Source: Candidatus Latescibacterota bacterium (GTDB lineage Bacteria > Latescibacterota > UBA2968). From it: a DNA stretch of 64,000 nucleotides. The notes below the pieces were generated by a model. It made no database searches. It worked only from the letters and a program-made list of their open reading frames with translations, and was not told where the DNA came from. The stretch is from the NCBI GenBank assembly GCA_965208125.1, contig OZ242320.1, positions 3,424,001-3,488,000 on the forward strand. The letters are read 5' to 3'. Positions 40,225 through 49,887 of this stretch are shown in pieces; the first letter of the stretch is position 1, and every line of letters starts with the position of its first letter. Both the position numbers and the translations under genes were made by a program.

Positions 40225-41208
40225 GTGAAATACACCAAACTGCCCGGTACGGATATCGATGTCTCTGTTATTGCTCTGGGCTGCTGGCCTTTTGCTGGTG
40301 GTGATGTTTGGGGTGAGCAAGACGACGATGTGTCTATCGCCACGGTGCATGCTGCGCTTGATGCGGGTATCACTTTTTTTGATACGGCAGAAGGGTATGG
40401 CAAGTCCGAGCGCGTGCTTGGGGAAGGTCTCAAAGGTCGTCGGCAAGACGCGGTGATCGCCACCAAAGTTGGCGGCGGTCATCTTTCGTCCGATGATTTG
40501 CCCAGAGCCTGCGAACAGAGCTTGAAAAGTCTGCAAACAGATTATATCGATTTGTACCAGATTCATTGGCCCAATCACAATATTCCCATCGCAGAAACAG
40601 CAAGCGCACTTCAACGTCTCCGCGATCAGGGAAAAATTCGGGCTATTGGCGTTTGTAATTTTGCCTGCGGCGATTTGCGCGACCTGCTCGCTGTTGCCGA
40701 TATTGTCACCAATCAGTTGTCCTTTAGCTTGCTCTGGCGCGTTATTGAACGCGAGATTCAGCCGATGTGTTTGGAAAACAATATTGGCATTATCTGTTAT
40801 AGCCCGCTGATGCAGGGGTTGCTTACCGGACGTTATGCCTCTGCGGATGATGTGCCAGATGGTCTGGCGCGAACCCGCCTGTTTTCGAATGACCGCCCCA
40901 GGGCCAGACACGGTGAAGAAGGCTGTGAGGCCGAAGTGTTTGACGCGCTGGAAAAAGTTCGCGATGTTGCCGATGAAGCAGGCGTTGCAATGGCAGAGAT
41001 TGCCCTTGCCTGGGCACTACAACAACCCGGTATTACATCGCTTCTGGTGGGCGCGAGAAATCCCGATGAAGTGCAATGGAATCTCCCTTCGGTTGATCTC
41101 GCATTGTCAGAAGATATATTGCAACGCTTATCTGAAATTACAGAAGGTGTTAAAGACAAACTCGGCAATAATCCCGATATGTGGATGTCGGAGTCGAGGA
41201 TGAGGTAG
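40225..41208 (+). CDS. aldo/keto reductase
   Basis: 'FDTAEGYG', 'ATK', 'DLYQIHWP', 'YSPLMQGLL'. Confidence 0.95.
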   Translation: MKYTKLPGTDIDVSVIALGCWPFAGGDVWGEQDDDVSIATVHAALDAGITFFDTAEGYGKSERVLGEGLKGRRQDAVIATKVGGGHLSSDDLPRACEQSLKSLQTDYIDLYQIHWPNHNIPIAETASALQRLRDQGKIRAIGVCNFACGDLRDLLAVADIVTNQLSFSLLWRVIEREIQPMCLENNIGIICYSPLMQGLLTGRYASADDVPDGLARTRLFSNDRPRARHGEEGCEAEVFDALEKVRDVADEAGVAMAEIALAWALQQPGITSLLVGARNPDEVQWNLPSVDLALSEDILQRLSEITEGVKDKLGNNPDMWMSESRMR

Positions 41209-41283
41209 TTTTGCGAAACAAATTTTACTCGTATTTGTCTCATTTTTTAGATACGCTACGTTAGAAAAGATCAGGAGGCTCTC

Positions 41284-41631
41284 ATGGCTCATCTTCAGAT
41301 TGACGACCCAGAAACATTTTTTCGCACCTTTGCAGATCTTTTAGCTGCTGGTGAAGACGACAAACACATGGCCCGAAAATTGGGGTGCTCGCGGGGCGAA
41401 AGCAAGCGCAGGCGACAGGCATTTCAAAAAGGGGGTATTGTGACGGGAAAAGGCGTATCTAAAGAAAAATTGGATGCGTGGCTGTCTTCAAGTGACGGCC
41501 AGCGCGCACAACGCCAGTGGGAAGGCCATCACAAGCGTCAACAGGCTATGGGGGCAACGGGTACCAAACCGCAAAAGGGTTTTCGCAGACAGCCCGAAGT
41601 CAAGCGCGGTTGGATGCGGCAAAAGATTTGA
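41284..41631 (+). CDS. small basic hypothetical protein with possible HTH
   Basis: AGGAGG RBS; 'DKHMARKLGCSRGESKRRR'; followed by a terminator. Confidence 0.7.
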   Translation: MAHLQIDDPETFFRTFADLLAAGEDDKHMARKLGCSRGESKRRRQAFQKGGIVTGKGVSKEKLDAWLSSSDGQRAQRQWEGHHKRQQAMGATGTKPQKGFRRQPEVKRGWMRQKI

Positions 41632-41650
41632 GGTATTACAATATCAGTTT

Positions 41651-41686
41651 AAAAAAAGGCCGATGGGCAATGTTCCATCGGCTTTT
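41651..41686. terminator. bidirectional intrinsic terminator
   Basis: A7-GCCGATGG-loop-CCATCGGC-T4 between convergent genes. Confidence 0.8.
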
Positions 41687-41702
41687 AATATTTTTATATC
41701 TC

Positions 41703-42677
41703 TCACCGCTCGTCGCGTTTCAAGTCCAGCCAATCGAGTTCTTCCTGTGTGAGTTTCAAATTGAGAGCCTCGATATTGGCCTTGCACTCATCGGGATGGA
41801 ACACGCCGATTAATGAGAAGAGATTCAGGGGCTGGTTCAGGTTGAATGCCAGCGCGATTTGTGGCACGGTCAGCCCTTTTTCTTTTGCCAGTTCGCCCGC
41901 GCGGTCCAGGCGTTTAAAATTTTGTTCGTAACAATAGGCTTCGACGCAAGAGCCAGGCAGATTTGCTTTGTAGTCTGCAAAAGTTTCGCGCGTAAATCTG
42001 CCAGAGAAAAATCCCTGCGCGAGACTCGACCAGGTAAACAGGGGCATGTTTTGTTCTGTGTACCACACGCGGTCTGCCTCGTTGTCAGGCCCACTGATGC
42101 TGATACAACCTCTCCAGGGTTCTTTCACCTGTTCTGCAAGGCTGTAATTGGGGCTGCTCACGGTAAATGGTTCAAGGTTGTGCTTATATGCGTATTCATT
42201 GGCTTCTTGTATGCGCGGCACGGTCCAGTTCGATCCGCCAAATAGTCCGATTCGACCCGCTGCTTTGTGTTCGTTTAGTATCTCTACTATTGGCCCAACT
42301 TCGACATTGAGATCATCGCGGTGCAATACGTAGATGTCGATAAAATTCGTTCGGCAACGCTCCAATGAAGTGGTTAGATCGGCTGTAATGTCAACAGGCG
42401 TTACTTTGTTTTTGTTCCCAGTGTGGTGTGCCCCTTTGGTCAAGATGACGGCTTCTTCGAACAGGCCTCGTTCGTCGAGCCATTGGCCCAGAACACGCTC
42501 ACACTGACCGCCGCCGTAAATATATGCCCCGTCAAAGCCGTTGACGCCGAGTGCCCATACGCCGTCTAACAGGTCAAATGATTCTTGCAGGTGATCTTCG
42601 CGCAACATCATTGTCCCTTGTAAAATGCGCGAAATTTTTTTGTTCATTCCTTCAATTGTGCCGTATTCCATTGGCAT
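41703..42677 (-). CDS. aldo/keto reductase
   Basis: 'DGAYIYG', 'LTKG', 'IDIYVLHRD', 'GGSNW', 'WSSLAQG'. Confidence 0.93.
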   Translation of the reverse strand: MPMEYGTIEGMNKKISRILQGTMMLREDHLQESFDLLDGVWALGVNGFDGAYIYGGGQCERVLGQWLDERGLFEEAVILTKGAHHTGNKNKVTPVDITADLTTSLERCRTNFIDIYVLHRDDLNVEVGPIVEILNEHKAAGRIGLFGGSNWTVPRIQEANEYAYKHNLEPFTVSSPNYSLAEQVKEPWRGCISISGPDNEADRVWYTEQNMPLFTWSSLAQGFFSGRFTRETFADYKANLPGSCVEAYCYEQNFKRLDRAGELAKEKGLTVPQIALAFNLNQPLNLFSLIGVFHPDECKANIEALNLKLTQEELDWLDLKRDER

Positions 42678-42681
42678 GATA

Positions 42682-43668
42682 TTATGTCCTTTCCATCGGA
42701 TATTTCAATCCCCATTGCTCTCGAATTGCGTCCAGGGTCTGCATATTGGCAAGCGTATCGCCGTGTGACATGAGATCGCTTTCCAGCTTGCCCGCGCGCA
42801 CGCAACGGGCCACCTCGGCGGCTTCACATTCGTATCCATTTCCAGCGCATTCCAGTGTTACCACTTCCTCTTTGTCGCCAGCGGAGAGGATAGCGGTGCG
42901 TCCATCCCAAAACTTCGGTACTGTGATCATGCCGTCTGTGCCCAAAATTTTCGCTTCGTGTGGTGTTTTGATTCGCACGCCACAGGAGATCAATGCGAGT
43001 TGTCCTTTGTCGTAGCCAAATACCATCGCTGCCTGTTCATCTACGCCAGTTTCGCCGATATGCGCCTGGCTCGAGATGGTGGCAGGTTGGGTGTCGAAGA
43101 TCAGGGATGCATAAGAGATGGGGTAGATACCTATATCGAGCAGGCCACCTCCACCGAGTGCGAGATCGAACAAGCGACCTTCGGGATTAAGGTTGGCGCG
43201 AAATCCAAAATCGGCGTATAACATCCGCACTTCGCCAATTGCGCCGTCTGTGACCCACGCTTTTACCTGTTTGGTGATGGGCAAAAATCGGGTCCACATG
43301 GCTTCCATCAAAAACACGCCTTCGCTGCGGGCGACTTCGATAACTTCTCTGGCTTCGTGTTGGTTGATTGTAAATGGTTTTTCGCACAACACGGGCTTGC
43401 CCGCTTTCAGGCATAAGATACTGTTCTCTTTGTGAAAGGGATGGGGTGTTGCCACATAAACCGCATCGACTTCTGGATCTTCGGCGAGTGCTTCATAAGA
43501 GGCGTGGCGATTGGGTACATCATACGTATCGGCAAAGGCGTCGGCGCGATCCTGACTGCGCGATCCCACGGCGACGACTTGTGCATCGTCGAGGGCGCGC
43601 AATCCCGTGGCGAACTTGTGTGCAATACTGCCGGGACCGATAATGCCCCAGCGGAAAATATCACCCAT
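42682..43668 (-). CDS. Gfo/Idh/MocA family oxidoreductase
   Basis: Start placed at MGDIFRWGIIGPGSIA (AAGGA RBS); 'VYVATPH', 'LCEKP', 'GGGLLDIGIY'. Confidence 0.93.
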   Translation of the reverse strand: MGDIFRWGIIGPGSIAHKFATGLRALDDAQVVAVGSRSQDRADAFADTYDVPNRHASYEALAEDPEVDAVYVATPHPFHKENSILCLKAGKPVLCEKPFTINQHEAREVIEVARSEGVFLMEAMWTRFLPITKQVKAWVTDGAIGEVRMLYADFGFRANLNPEGRLFDLALGGGGLLDIGIYPISYASLIFDTQPATISSQAHIGETGVDEQAAMVFGYDKGQLALISCGVRIKTPHEAKILGTDGMITVPKFWDGRTAILSAGDKEEVVTLECAGNGYECEAAEVARCVRAGKLESDLMSHGDTLANMQTLDAIREQWGLKYPMERT

Positions 43669-43685
43669 TGTTGATCCTTTTCTTA

Positions 43686-44414
43686 TCAGGAGGTTAAAAA
43701 TAGAAAATGCAAAATCATGCGTAAGGCGAGCAGTGTTACCAGCCACCTTAAAAGGACGCGAAAATGGTGCTCGGGCACATGCCCGCGAATCAGGGTTCCC
43801 AGATAAGACCCAAGCGATGCCGAGGCGATCATGCCAACGACCAATTTCCAATAGGGTGCAAAGGCAAATCCCAAAAATCCAAATGTCAAAATTTTCATCG
43901 CATGGCTCGATGCCATCTGAACCGAATGCGTGATTACCGTGCGGTCTCGGGGCAGGTTTTCTCGCAGGAGAAATGGCATATTGAGCGGACCACTTACACC
44001 CAAAAACAAGGATAAAGCAGTTTGAAAAGCACCCAGAAGTGTGAATTTTGCGGGTAAATCGGGCGCGCGGGAAAATTTGGGCATCCACGTGATGAGCAAA
44101 ATAAAAATACCCAAAAAGAGGGGCAGGAGTTCCCATTTAAAATCGATAATAAAACGAGAACCCAATGCGGCGCCAATCACTGTTCCGATCGCGTATTGCC
44201 CCACAAGACGCCATTCGGTATGCTTGAGGCCAATGAACGCGCGGCTCAAATTGCTGGCAATTTGCACCAGTCCGTGAATCGGGATAATCGCCGCAGCGGG
44301 GAGGAAGCCCGGCATAATCGCAATGAGGACAACGCCGCCGCCAACGCCGCCAACAGCCGCGATCATCGATGTTATACACGCCGCCCCAATTAAAAACCAA
44401 TCCGCTGTCTCCAT
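43686..44414 (-). CDS. TauE/SafE (sulfite exporter) family membrane protein
   Basis: 'GGVGGGV', 'HGLVQIASN', 'GVSGP'; ~8 TM segments. Confidence 0.85.
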   Translation of the reverse strand: METADWFLIGAACITSMIAAVGGVGGGVVLIAIMPGFLPAAAIIPIHGLVQIASNLSRAFIGLKHTEWRLVGQYAIGTVIGAALGSRFIIDFKWELLPLFLGIFILLITWMPKFSRAPDLPAKFTLLGAFQTALSLFLGVSGPLNMPFLLRENLPRDRTVITHSVQMASSHAMKILTFGFLGFAFAPYWKLVVGMIASASLGSYLGTLIRGHVPEHHFRVLLRWLVTLLALRMILHFLFLTS

Positions 44415-44421
44415 GCACTCA

Positions 44422-45858
44422 TCACCAGGTCATATAATGCGTTACAGGCTCGCCCTGTTTGGCGGTAAAGCGATCGTATTTCGGATGGATAAAATCTTCG
44501 GTTGCATCCATGTGGGCGTAAAAAGTTCGCTTCATTTCTTCTCTTTTTTCCGGTTGGGCGTCGTATAAATTGTTTAGTTCAAAGGGATCGTCGATTAGAT
44601 TGTACAACTCGCCGTAATTTTTTGCCGGGTAGTGAATATATTTCCACTCTCGCGTGCGGATGCAGCGTTTATCGACCGCTTCGGCAAAAATTATGTCTCG
44701 TATTTCCGATTGTTCGCCATTCATCAGCGGCGATAAATCCAGGCCCTGCACGCATTCGGGCGCATCAAAACCCGATAGCTGCGCGATTGTGGGAAATAGA
44801 TCCACGGTTTCGATCAGGGCATCGCAGTCGCCGCCAGCACGACCCGGCACGGCGATAGAGCACGGTATATGTAACATGCAGTCGAGGAGAAATGGCGCTT
44901 TGGCCGGGATACCGTGATCGCCTAAAAATTCACCGTGGTCCGATAGAAAGATTACGATGGTCTCATCCGCCACGCCTTTTTTTTCTAATGTCTCGATGAT
45001 CTGGCCCACTTGATGGTCAATTTGCGATACCATGCCGTAATACGCCGCCTTCATCTTGCGGAATGTCTCATCGGAAGCCTGGTCAAACCCGCGGTATTTG
45101 TGGTGTTCTGCTTTGAAATACAAACTGTATTCGGGCGGTTTTTTTGCAATGTCGTCTTCCGCGTACCGAAAGGGGGGCATCCCATTGGGATCGTACATAT
45201 TTGCAAAGCACCCAGAGGGGACATAGGGATGGTGCGGTCCGTAGAATCCCACCCATAAGAAAAAGGGGTTGCTCGTATCCAATCCTTTGAAGTATTCAAT
45301 GCTTTTCATTCCCACATAGGCATCGATGTGGCAATCTTCGGGGAGATCGGATGGCACAGCACCGAGGTTTTTGCGAAAATTGGGCAGGGCGTATCCCGTT
45401 TTATATTCGTATCCCCGATCGCGAACATATTGCTCAAATGGATTGGGATCGGTGACTGTATAATTTCCATCTGCGCGCTCTTTCCATCCCCGCCGTATTC
45501 CCACGGCGTCCATGTGGTCGAGTATTTGTCGAAAACGCTGCTGTCCAATGCCGTGTTTGCCCACGCTGGCAGTTGTGTAGCCCTGGTTTTTGAACGCTTC
45601 TACCATTGTAATTTCATTTTCGTTGAGCTTTGAACCGTTCCATTTTACGCCGTGATTTTTGGGATAACGCCCGGTCATGAATGTCGCACGCGACGGAGAA
45701 CATACGGGATTTTGCACAAAGCATTTTGAAAATCGCGTGCTCCTTTCAGACAGAGCGTCTATCGCAGGCGTTTGTATAACGCGATCCCCCGTGTATCCCA
45801 GCGTATCATATCGCAAATGATCGGTTGTGATAAATAAGATATTGGGCTGTTTAATCAT
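44422..45858 (-). CDS. sulfatase
   Basis: 'PNILFITTDHLR', 'CSPSR', 'GKH', 'SDHGEFLGDHG'. Confidence 0.95.
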   Translation of the reverse strand: MIKQPNILFITTDHLRYDTLGYTGDRVIQTPAIDALSERSTRFSKCFVQNPVCSPSRATFMTGRYPKNHGVKWNGSKLNENEITMVEAFKNQGYTTASVGKHGIGQQRFRQILDHMDAVGIRRGWKERADGNYTVTDPNPFEQYVRDRGYEYKTGYALPNFRKNLGAVPSDLPEDCHIDAYVGMKSIEYFKGLDTSNPFFLWVGFYGPHHPYVPSGCFANMYDPNGMPPFRYAEDDIAKKPPEYSLYFKAEHHKYRGFDQASDETFRKMKAAYYGMVSQIDHQVGQIIETLEKKGVADETIVIFLSDHGEFLGDHGIPAKAPFLLDCMLHIPCSIAVPGRAGGDCDALIETVDLFPTIAQLSGFDAPECVQGLDLSPLMNGEQSEIRDIIFAEAVDKRCIRTREWKYIHYPAKNYGELYNLIDDPFELNNLYDAQPEKREEMKRTFYAHMDATEDFIHPKYDRFTAKQGEPVTHYMTW

Positions 45859-45866
45859 CGCATACC

Positions 45867-46607
45867 TCATAGCAAATCGTTACTTAAAATTGTTGGACAC
45901 CAGAATTTTTCAATAAACGATATTACCAATTGCGTGCCTACTTCATGGCTCACATAAGGCGGCTTTGCCGGATTGTACATAGCATCGGTCAAATCTCGAA
46001 TTAGCGCGACCTGGATGCCCCAACGCGTCATTTGTTTGATTGCAAACGTGCGATGCAACACGCACATGTTAGTATGCACGCCCATGATGAGCATTTTGTC
46101 GATTTCCCGATGCTGCATATAGCTGTAGATTTCGTGTCCTTGATCGGAAATAATATCCCGTTCGTGGTCAATATCTATCCCCGCGTGTTGCCGCGTCCAG
46201 ACCTGCGTGTTGATTTTCTTCGGGTCTTCACCCGTGTCTGACCCGCCATCCGAATCGTCGATCGGTAGCGGGGGATCAGCGAGATCTAAATTTTCAGGTG
46301 GCTCAACGGGTGGGACATCCAATACCCGTCTCCGCGCAGGCGTATTGGCATAAACATCGAGTGTGCCCGAAGGTGCGTGAATAATGGTCACACCTTGCTT
46401 TCTCGCGCTTTGCACTACGGCGTGCATGCGGGGAATCATTGCTTCTAATCGCTCAACTGCACCGCGACACCAGTGGTTGTTCCACACATCGCATAATAAC
46501 AGGACTGTTTGCTCGGGAGGCCAATAGACCCGTTCTGTTATTGTTTCCCAAACTGTGTGTTCACTGTCGTCCCACAATAAGGTCTGATGCTGCACGGTTA
46601 GATTCAT
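45867..46607 (-). CDS. isochorismatase/cysteine hydrolase family protein
   Basis: 'LLCDVW', 'IHAPS', 'GVHTNMC', 'RDLTD'; GGAGG RBS before ATG 46607. Confidence 0.85.
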   Translation of the reverse strand: MNLTVQHQTLLWDDSEHTVWETITERVYWPPEQTVLLLCDVWNNHWCRGAVERLEAMIPRMHAVVQSARKQGVTIIHAPSGTLDVYANTPARRRVLDVPPVEPPENLDLADPPLPIDDSDGGSDTGEDPKKINTQVWTRQHAGIDIDHERDIISDQGHEIYSYMQHREIDKMLIMGVHTNMCVLHRTFAIKQMTRWGIQVALIRDLTDAMYNPAKPPYVSHEVGTQLVISFIEKFWCPTILSNDLL

Positions 46608-46627
46608 CGCGTCCTCCATATCAAAAA

Positions 46628-47449
46628 TCAGGTTTCCCACACCAACCGGGGCCCCTCGTCCATCCCGCATACCACCCCCAATTGTCTCTCGCGCTGATAG
46701 CCCAGACAATGAGAAATATACGTCACACCCTCGATTTCTCGACACCGATTGCGATGCTGATGGCCGTATATGTGAATCGATGAACCGAGTTTTCGCAATA
46801 GGCGATCTAAGGCCCTTGTGCCAGCCACCCGACTGAAATTGAAATTCGACGCGCTCGTCAATGGGCGCGGACGGGGAGCGGAATGGGACCTGCCAAAGAT
46901 CAACTCCCGTCTGGGCAAAAAGTGGCTAAAGGTAATGACTGGCCCATCGCCCTGAACAGGCGCGGTATTTTGGGCGAGCATATAGCGCGCAATGGATCGC
47001 TCGTTTTCGGGCCAGCGAATCAGACGGTTGTCCGCCCACATGTGCAACGCTGCGTCTTCTCCTTCTTGGGGCACGTACAAACTGTCGGTACTTTCTTCGG
47101 GTTTTTCATACCACGACAAAAGCGGTACAATTTGTACACCCGGCAATTGCGTCCGCGAGGTTTCTATGTTCAACACGTTACACAAAGCCATAAGCGCGTG
47201 GAATTTCTCCAACGAGTCGCATCGTTCATTGGGCCTCACCCACAAATCGTGATTGCCCGGTACAAAAAAAACGCGTGCAAATTTTTGCTTCAGTTCGCAC
47301 AGGGTATCGCGCATCGGGTCGGCGCGGTCAGTTATATCTCCGGCCACAATCACCACATCATCGGTAAAATCGCAATTGGAAAGCCGCTGCACCCACCGAT
47401 GGTTTTCCTTGTAATCGACGTGCAAATCAGAAATGGCAAAAACGCGCAT
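46628..47449 (-). CDS. calcineurin-like metallophosphoesterase
   Basis: 'SDLH', 'AGD', 'GNHD', 'SH', 'GHQH'. Confidence 0.92.
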   Translation of the reverse strand: MRVFAISDLHVDYKENHRWVQRLSNCDFTDDVVIVAGDITDRADPMRDTLCELKQKFARVFFVPGNHDLWVRPNERCDSLEKFHALMALCNVLNIETSRTQLPGVQIVPLLSWYEKPEESTDSLYVPQEGEDAALHMWADNRLIRWPENERSIARYMLAQNTAPVQGDGPVITFSHFLPRRELIFGRSHSAPRPRPLTSASNFNFSRVAGTRALDRLLRKLGSSIHIYGHQHRNRCREIEGVTYISHCLGYQRERQLGVVCGMDEGPRLVWET

Positions 47450-47473
47450 GGGTTATCCAGTTGAAATAGCCAC

Positions 47474-47590
47474 GAGCGGGGTATGAAGGCGAGTAATGAA
47501 CTGCTGACTCAGTTGTACCCCGCTCCGAGCATGACTGGCCGGTGAACGAGCCTGAAAAGCGGCTCGTTGTACACCATCCTCAGGCCAGTT
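47474..47590. other. structured non-coding element (two long hairpins); candidate ncRNA or miniature mobile repeat
   Basis: Stems GAGCGGGGTA/TACCCCGCTC with inner AACTG/CAGTT, and ACTGGCC/GGCCAGT with inner AACGAGCC/GGCTCGTT; partial inverted copy at 62698-62733. Confidence 0.55.
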
Positions 47591-47613
47591 CAAAATCACA
47601 AAAGAAATCACGC

Positions 47614-48408
47614 TCAATATCTCTCATCGACCAGCCACGCGCTTTTGGGATTTTTTTCCCAGTGTTGGCGCAACACCTGTTCGTTTGGACAAAATTCACC
47701 GCGATAGGCGACCCCGCCATGAGAAATATTAAAGCTCATGGCGACCTCATCTTCGCCCGCATCAACCCAGTGAGGCGTCAATAACTGGTTCCACAGCAAA
47801 TCGCCGGGTTGCATGTCATAGGTCAAAATATCTGCTGGATCTATTTGGGGAATATCAATGCGCGTAACACCCGTTCGATCTTCCACGAGTTTCTGAACAG
47901 GTTCGCGTTTTTCCGGTTCCAAAAACCCGTGAAAGTGTTTTTTTCCATAAACTTGCCACGCGAGTACATGCGAGGAATCTGCGTGATAGGTCGAGCTACA
48001 TCCTTTTCCAGAGATAAATATAATGGGATAACATCTTTGCCACGTAAATCCGAGTTGAGAGAGGAATGTGCGCCAGAGAATCATCACACATTCTTGAAAG
48101 TGTTCGAGAAATTGTCCTGCGCCATAAAAATTTTGCAAATGAAAATGCGCCAGACTAATCGGCATTTCGACGGCTTTTTCTATGGGCGCAGCCTTAAACT
48201 TTTCGACCAGATTATTTTGCTCTGCATCGCTTAAGCTGTCATCTAAAAATTGAATGCGCGCCTCGGAATCGCGCCGCAAAATATCTATAACTTCTTCGGC
48301 GGGGATGAGTGGCATTTCAAATTTGAACAACGCAGAATGGATAAGAAAATTTCGCTCGCCATTCCAAAGCTGGCGAAAATCATCTGCTGTCTTGGCAATC
48401 AGGTGCAT
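47614..48408 (-). CDS. JmjC/cupin-like Fe/2OG oxygenase
   Basis: 'YHADSSH...QVYGKK...PGDLLW...PHWV' HxD..H triad. Confidence 0.8.
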   Translation of the reverse strand: MHLIAKTADDFRQLWNGERNFLIHSALFKFEMPLIPAEEVIDILRRDSEARIQFLDDSLSDAEQNNLVEKFKAAPIEKAVEMPISLAHFHLQNFYGAGQFLEHFQECVMILWRTFLSQLGFTWQRCYPIIFISGKGCSSTYHADSSHVLAWQVYGKKHFHGFLEPEKREPVQKLVEDRTGVTRIDIPQIDPADILTYDMQPGDLLWNQLLTPHWVDAGEDEVAMSFNISHGGVAYRGEFCPNEQVLRQHWEKNPKSAWLVDERY

Positions 48409-48600
48409 TGTTTGCTCCAGTGGTTAGTGGTAAAAGGGCCATCCAGTCCCAGCCTCTAGTCCCCAGCCCCTTGCTTCTCTAACATACATCATCACCCAAA
48501 GAGATTCAAGCGATCAAGATAGGGCGGCGTGAAGGTACTTGACAGTAAATTTTCTTGCATTCATTATGTACTATCAATTCCCACATATAGGAGGCTAAAG

Positions 48601-49824
48601 ATGAAAATCACCGATATTGAAGCCATCCCGATTGCGATGCCTTTGGCAAAACGCTACGACAACCACCACGGGCGCACACGCATGTACGATATTGATCAAC
48701 ATGTGGTGGTCAAAATCCATACGGATAACGGGCTGATTGGCTATGGCGATTACGAAGACAGTTCTGCGATTGCGTCTGAGGAAATCGAGCCGTTAATTGG
48801 GCGCAATCCCTTTGACTTTTTGCACAATAATTTACATCTGGCTCTTGGCATGGCGCTCTACGATGTGATGGGCAAGTACCTCGAAGTGCCTGCCTATAAG
48901 CTCCTGGGGCAAAAAGTGAGAGATGCCGTGCCGGCGGCGGCATGGACGCGGCCTTGTTCGCCCGAAGTATTTGCCGGAGAAATCCAGCGTGCTGTCGATC
49001 AGGGGTATCGCATTTTCAAGATGCACTCCGACGCCCGCTATGACGTTATTGAACAAACGCGAGCCGCTGCCGAAGTTGCGCCAGAGGGCTTTAAGCTTCA
49101 TTGGGATTTCAACCACAACCGCACGATGGGTGTTGTACTTCCCATTGTTGCCGAACTCGAACGCAATTATCCGGTGGTCGGTTTTATCGAAGACCCGCTG
49201 CCATGGGCCGATATTGATGGCTGGCGCACATTGAGACAAAAAACGCAGTTGCCGCTTATTATGCACAATCCTCAACTCGGCGGCATGCAGGAGGTCTTAC
49301 ACGGCACTGCCGATATTTATATGATTGGTGGTCGCATTGGCGATACTATGCGAAAGGGATTTGCGTACGGTCAGGCCAATATCCAGACGCTCCTTCAGCA
49401 ATCGGGCAATACCCTGATGAAGGCTTTTACGTTGCATCAAGCGGCGGTCTTGCCCACGGCAACCGCGCATATTATCACCCTTGACGATCAATACGAAGAC
49501 GATATTACCACGTCGCAACTGCTGCCGACAGAGGGTTTCTGTCGCGTGCCGGAGGGGGCGGGGCTCGGTGTTGAGGTCGATGAGGAAAAACTCAAGCAGG
49601 CCGCCCAACGCCAACATATTCCCAAACTCGATGTCATTGGCGTGCTCCACCTGCCTTATGGACGCAAGTATTATACCCGCGGAGAGCCCAATGTTATAAA
49701 TCTTACTGGTTTTGAAGAAGGCGCGTTGCGGGGTATCCATTGCGAACGCCTCGTCAGAGGCGAATCTCCCGACTTTGAGCGCGTTCACAAACGGCTCGAA
49801 GAGGAGGGGCCATTTGTTGAATGA
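48601..49824 (+). CDS. mandelate racemase/muconate lactonizing enzyme family protein
   Basis: 'MALYDVMGK...PAYKLLG', 'FKMH', 'DFN', 'IEDP', 'GLGVEVD'; GGAGG RBS. Confidence 0.9.
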   Translation: MKITDIEAIPIAMPLAKRYDNHHGRTRMYDIDQHVVVKIHTDNGLIGYGDYEDSSAIASEEIEPLIGRNPFDFLHNNLHLALGMALYDVMGKYLEVPAYKLLGQKVRDAVPAAAWTRPCSPEVFAGEIQRAVDQGYRIFKMHSDARYDVIEQTRAAAEVAPEGFKLHWDFNHNRTMGVVLPIVAELERNYPVVGFIEDPLPWADIDGWRTLRQKTQLPLIMHNPQLGGMQEVLHGTADIYMIGGRIGDTMRKGFAYGQANIQTLLQQSGNTLMKAFTLHQAAVLPTATAHIITLDDQYEDDITTSQLLPTEGFCRVPEGAGLGVEVDEEKLKQAAQRQHIPKLDVIGVLHLPYGRKYYTRGEPNVINLTGFEEGALRGIHCERLVRGESPDFERVHKRLEEEGPFVE

Positions 49825-49830
49825 AAAATA

Positions 49831-49862
49831 AACAGGGCATCTCTTTAAAGAAATGTCCTGTT
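49831..49862. terminator. hairpin terminator between convergent genes
   Basis: AACAGGGCAT...ATGTCCTGTT. Confidence 0.55.
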
Positions 49863-49887
49863 GTGTTGCGGGCTGTATTATGCAATT

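Noticed and set aside
43669-44136. N-terminal 155-aa extension of the Gfo/Idh/MocA ORF
   Set aside because: It overlaps the TauE gene in another frame; the real start with RBS is at 43668
47474-47590. tRNA-Sec, glycine riboswitch, SRP RNA or group II intron domain V
   Set aside because: No cloverleaf or T-loop, and the diagnostic motifs of these RNAs are not present
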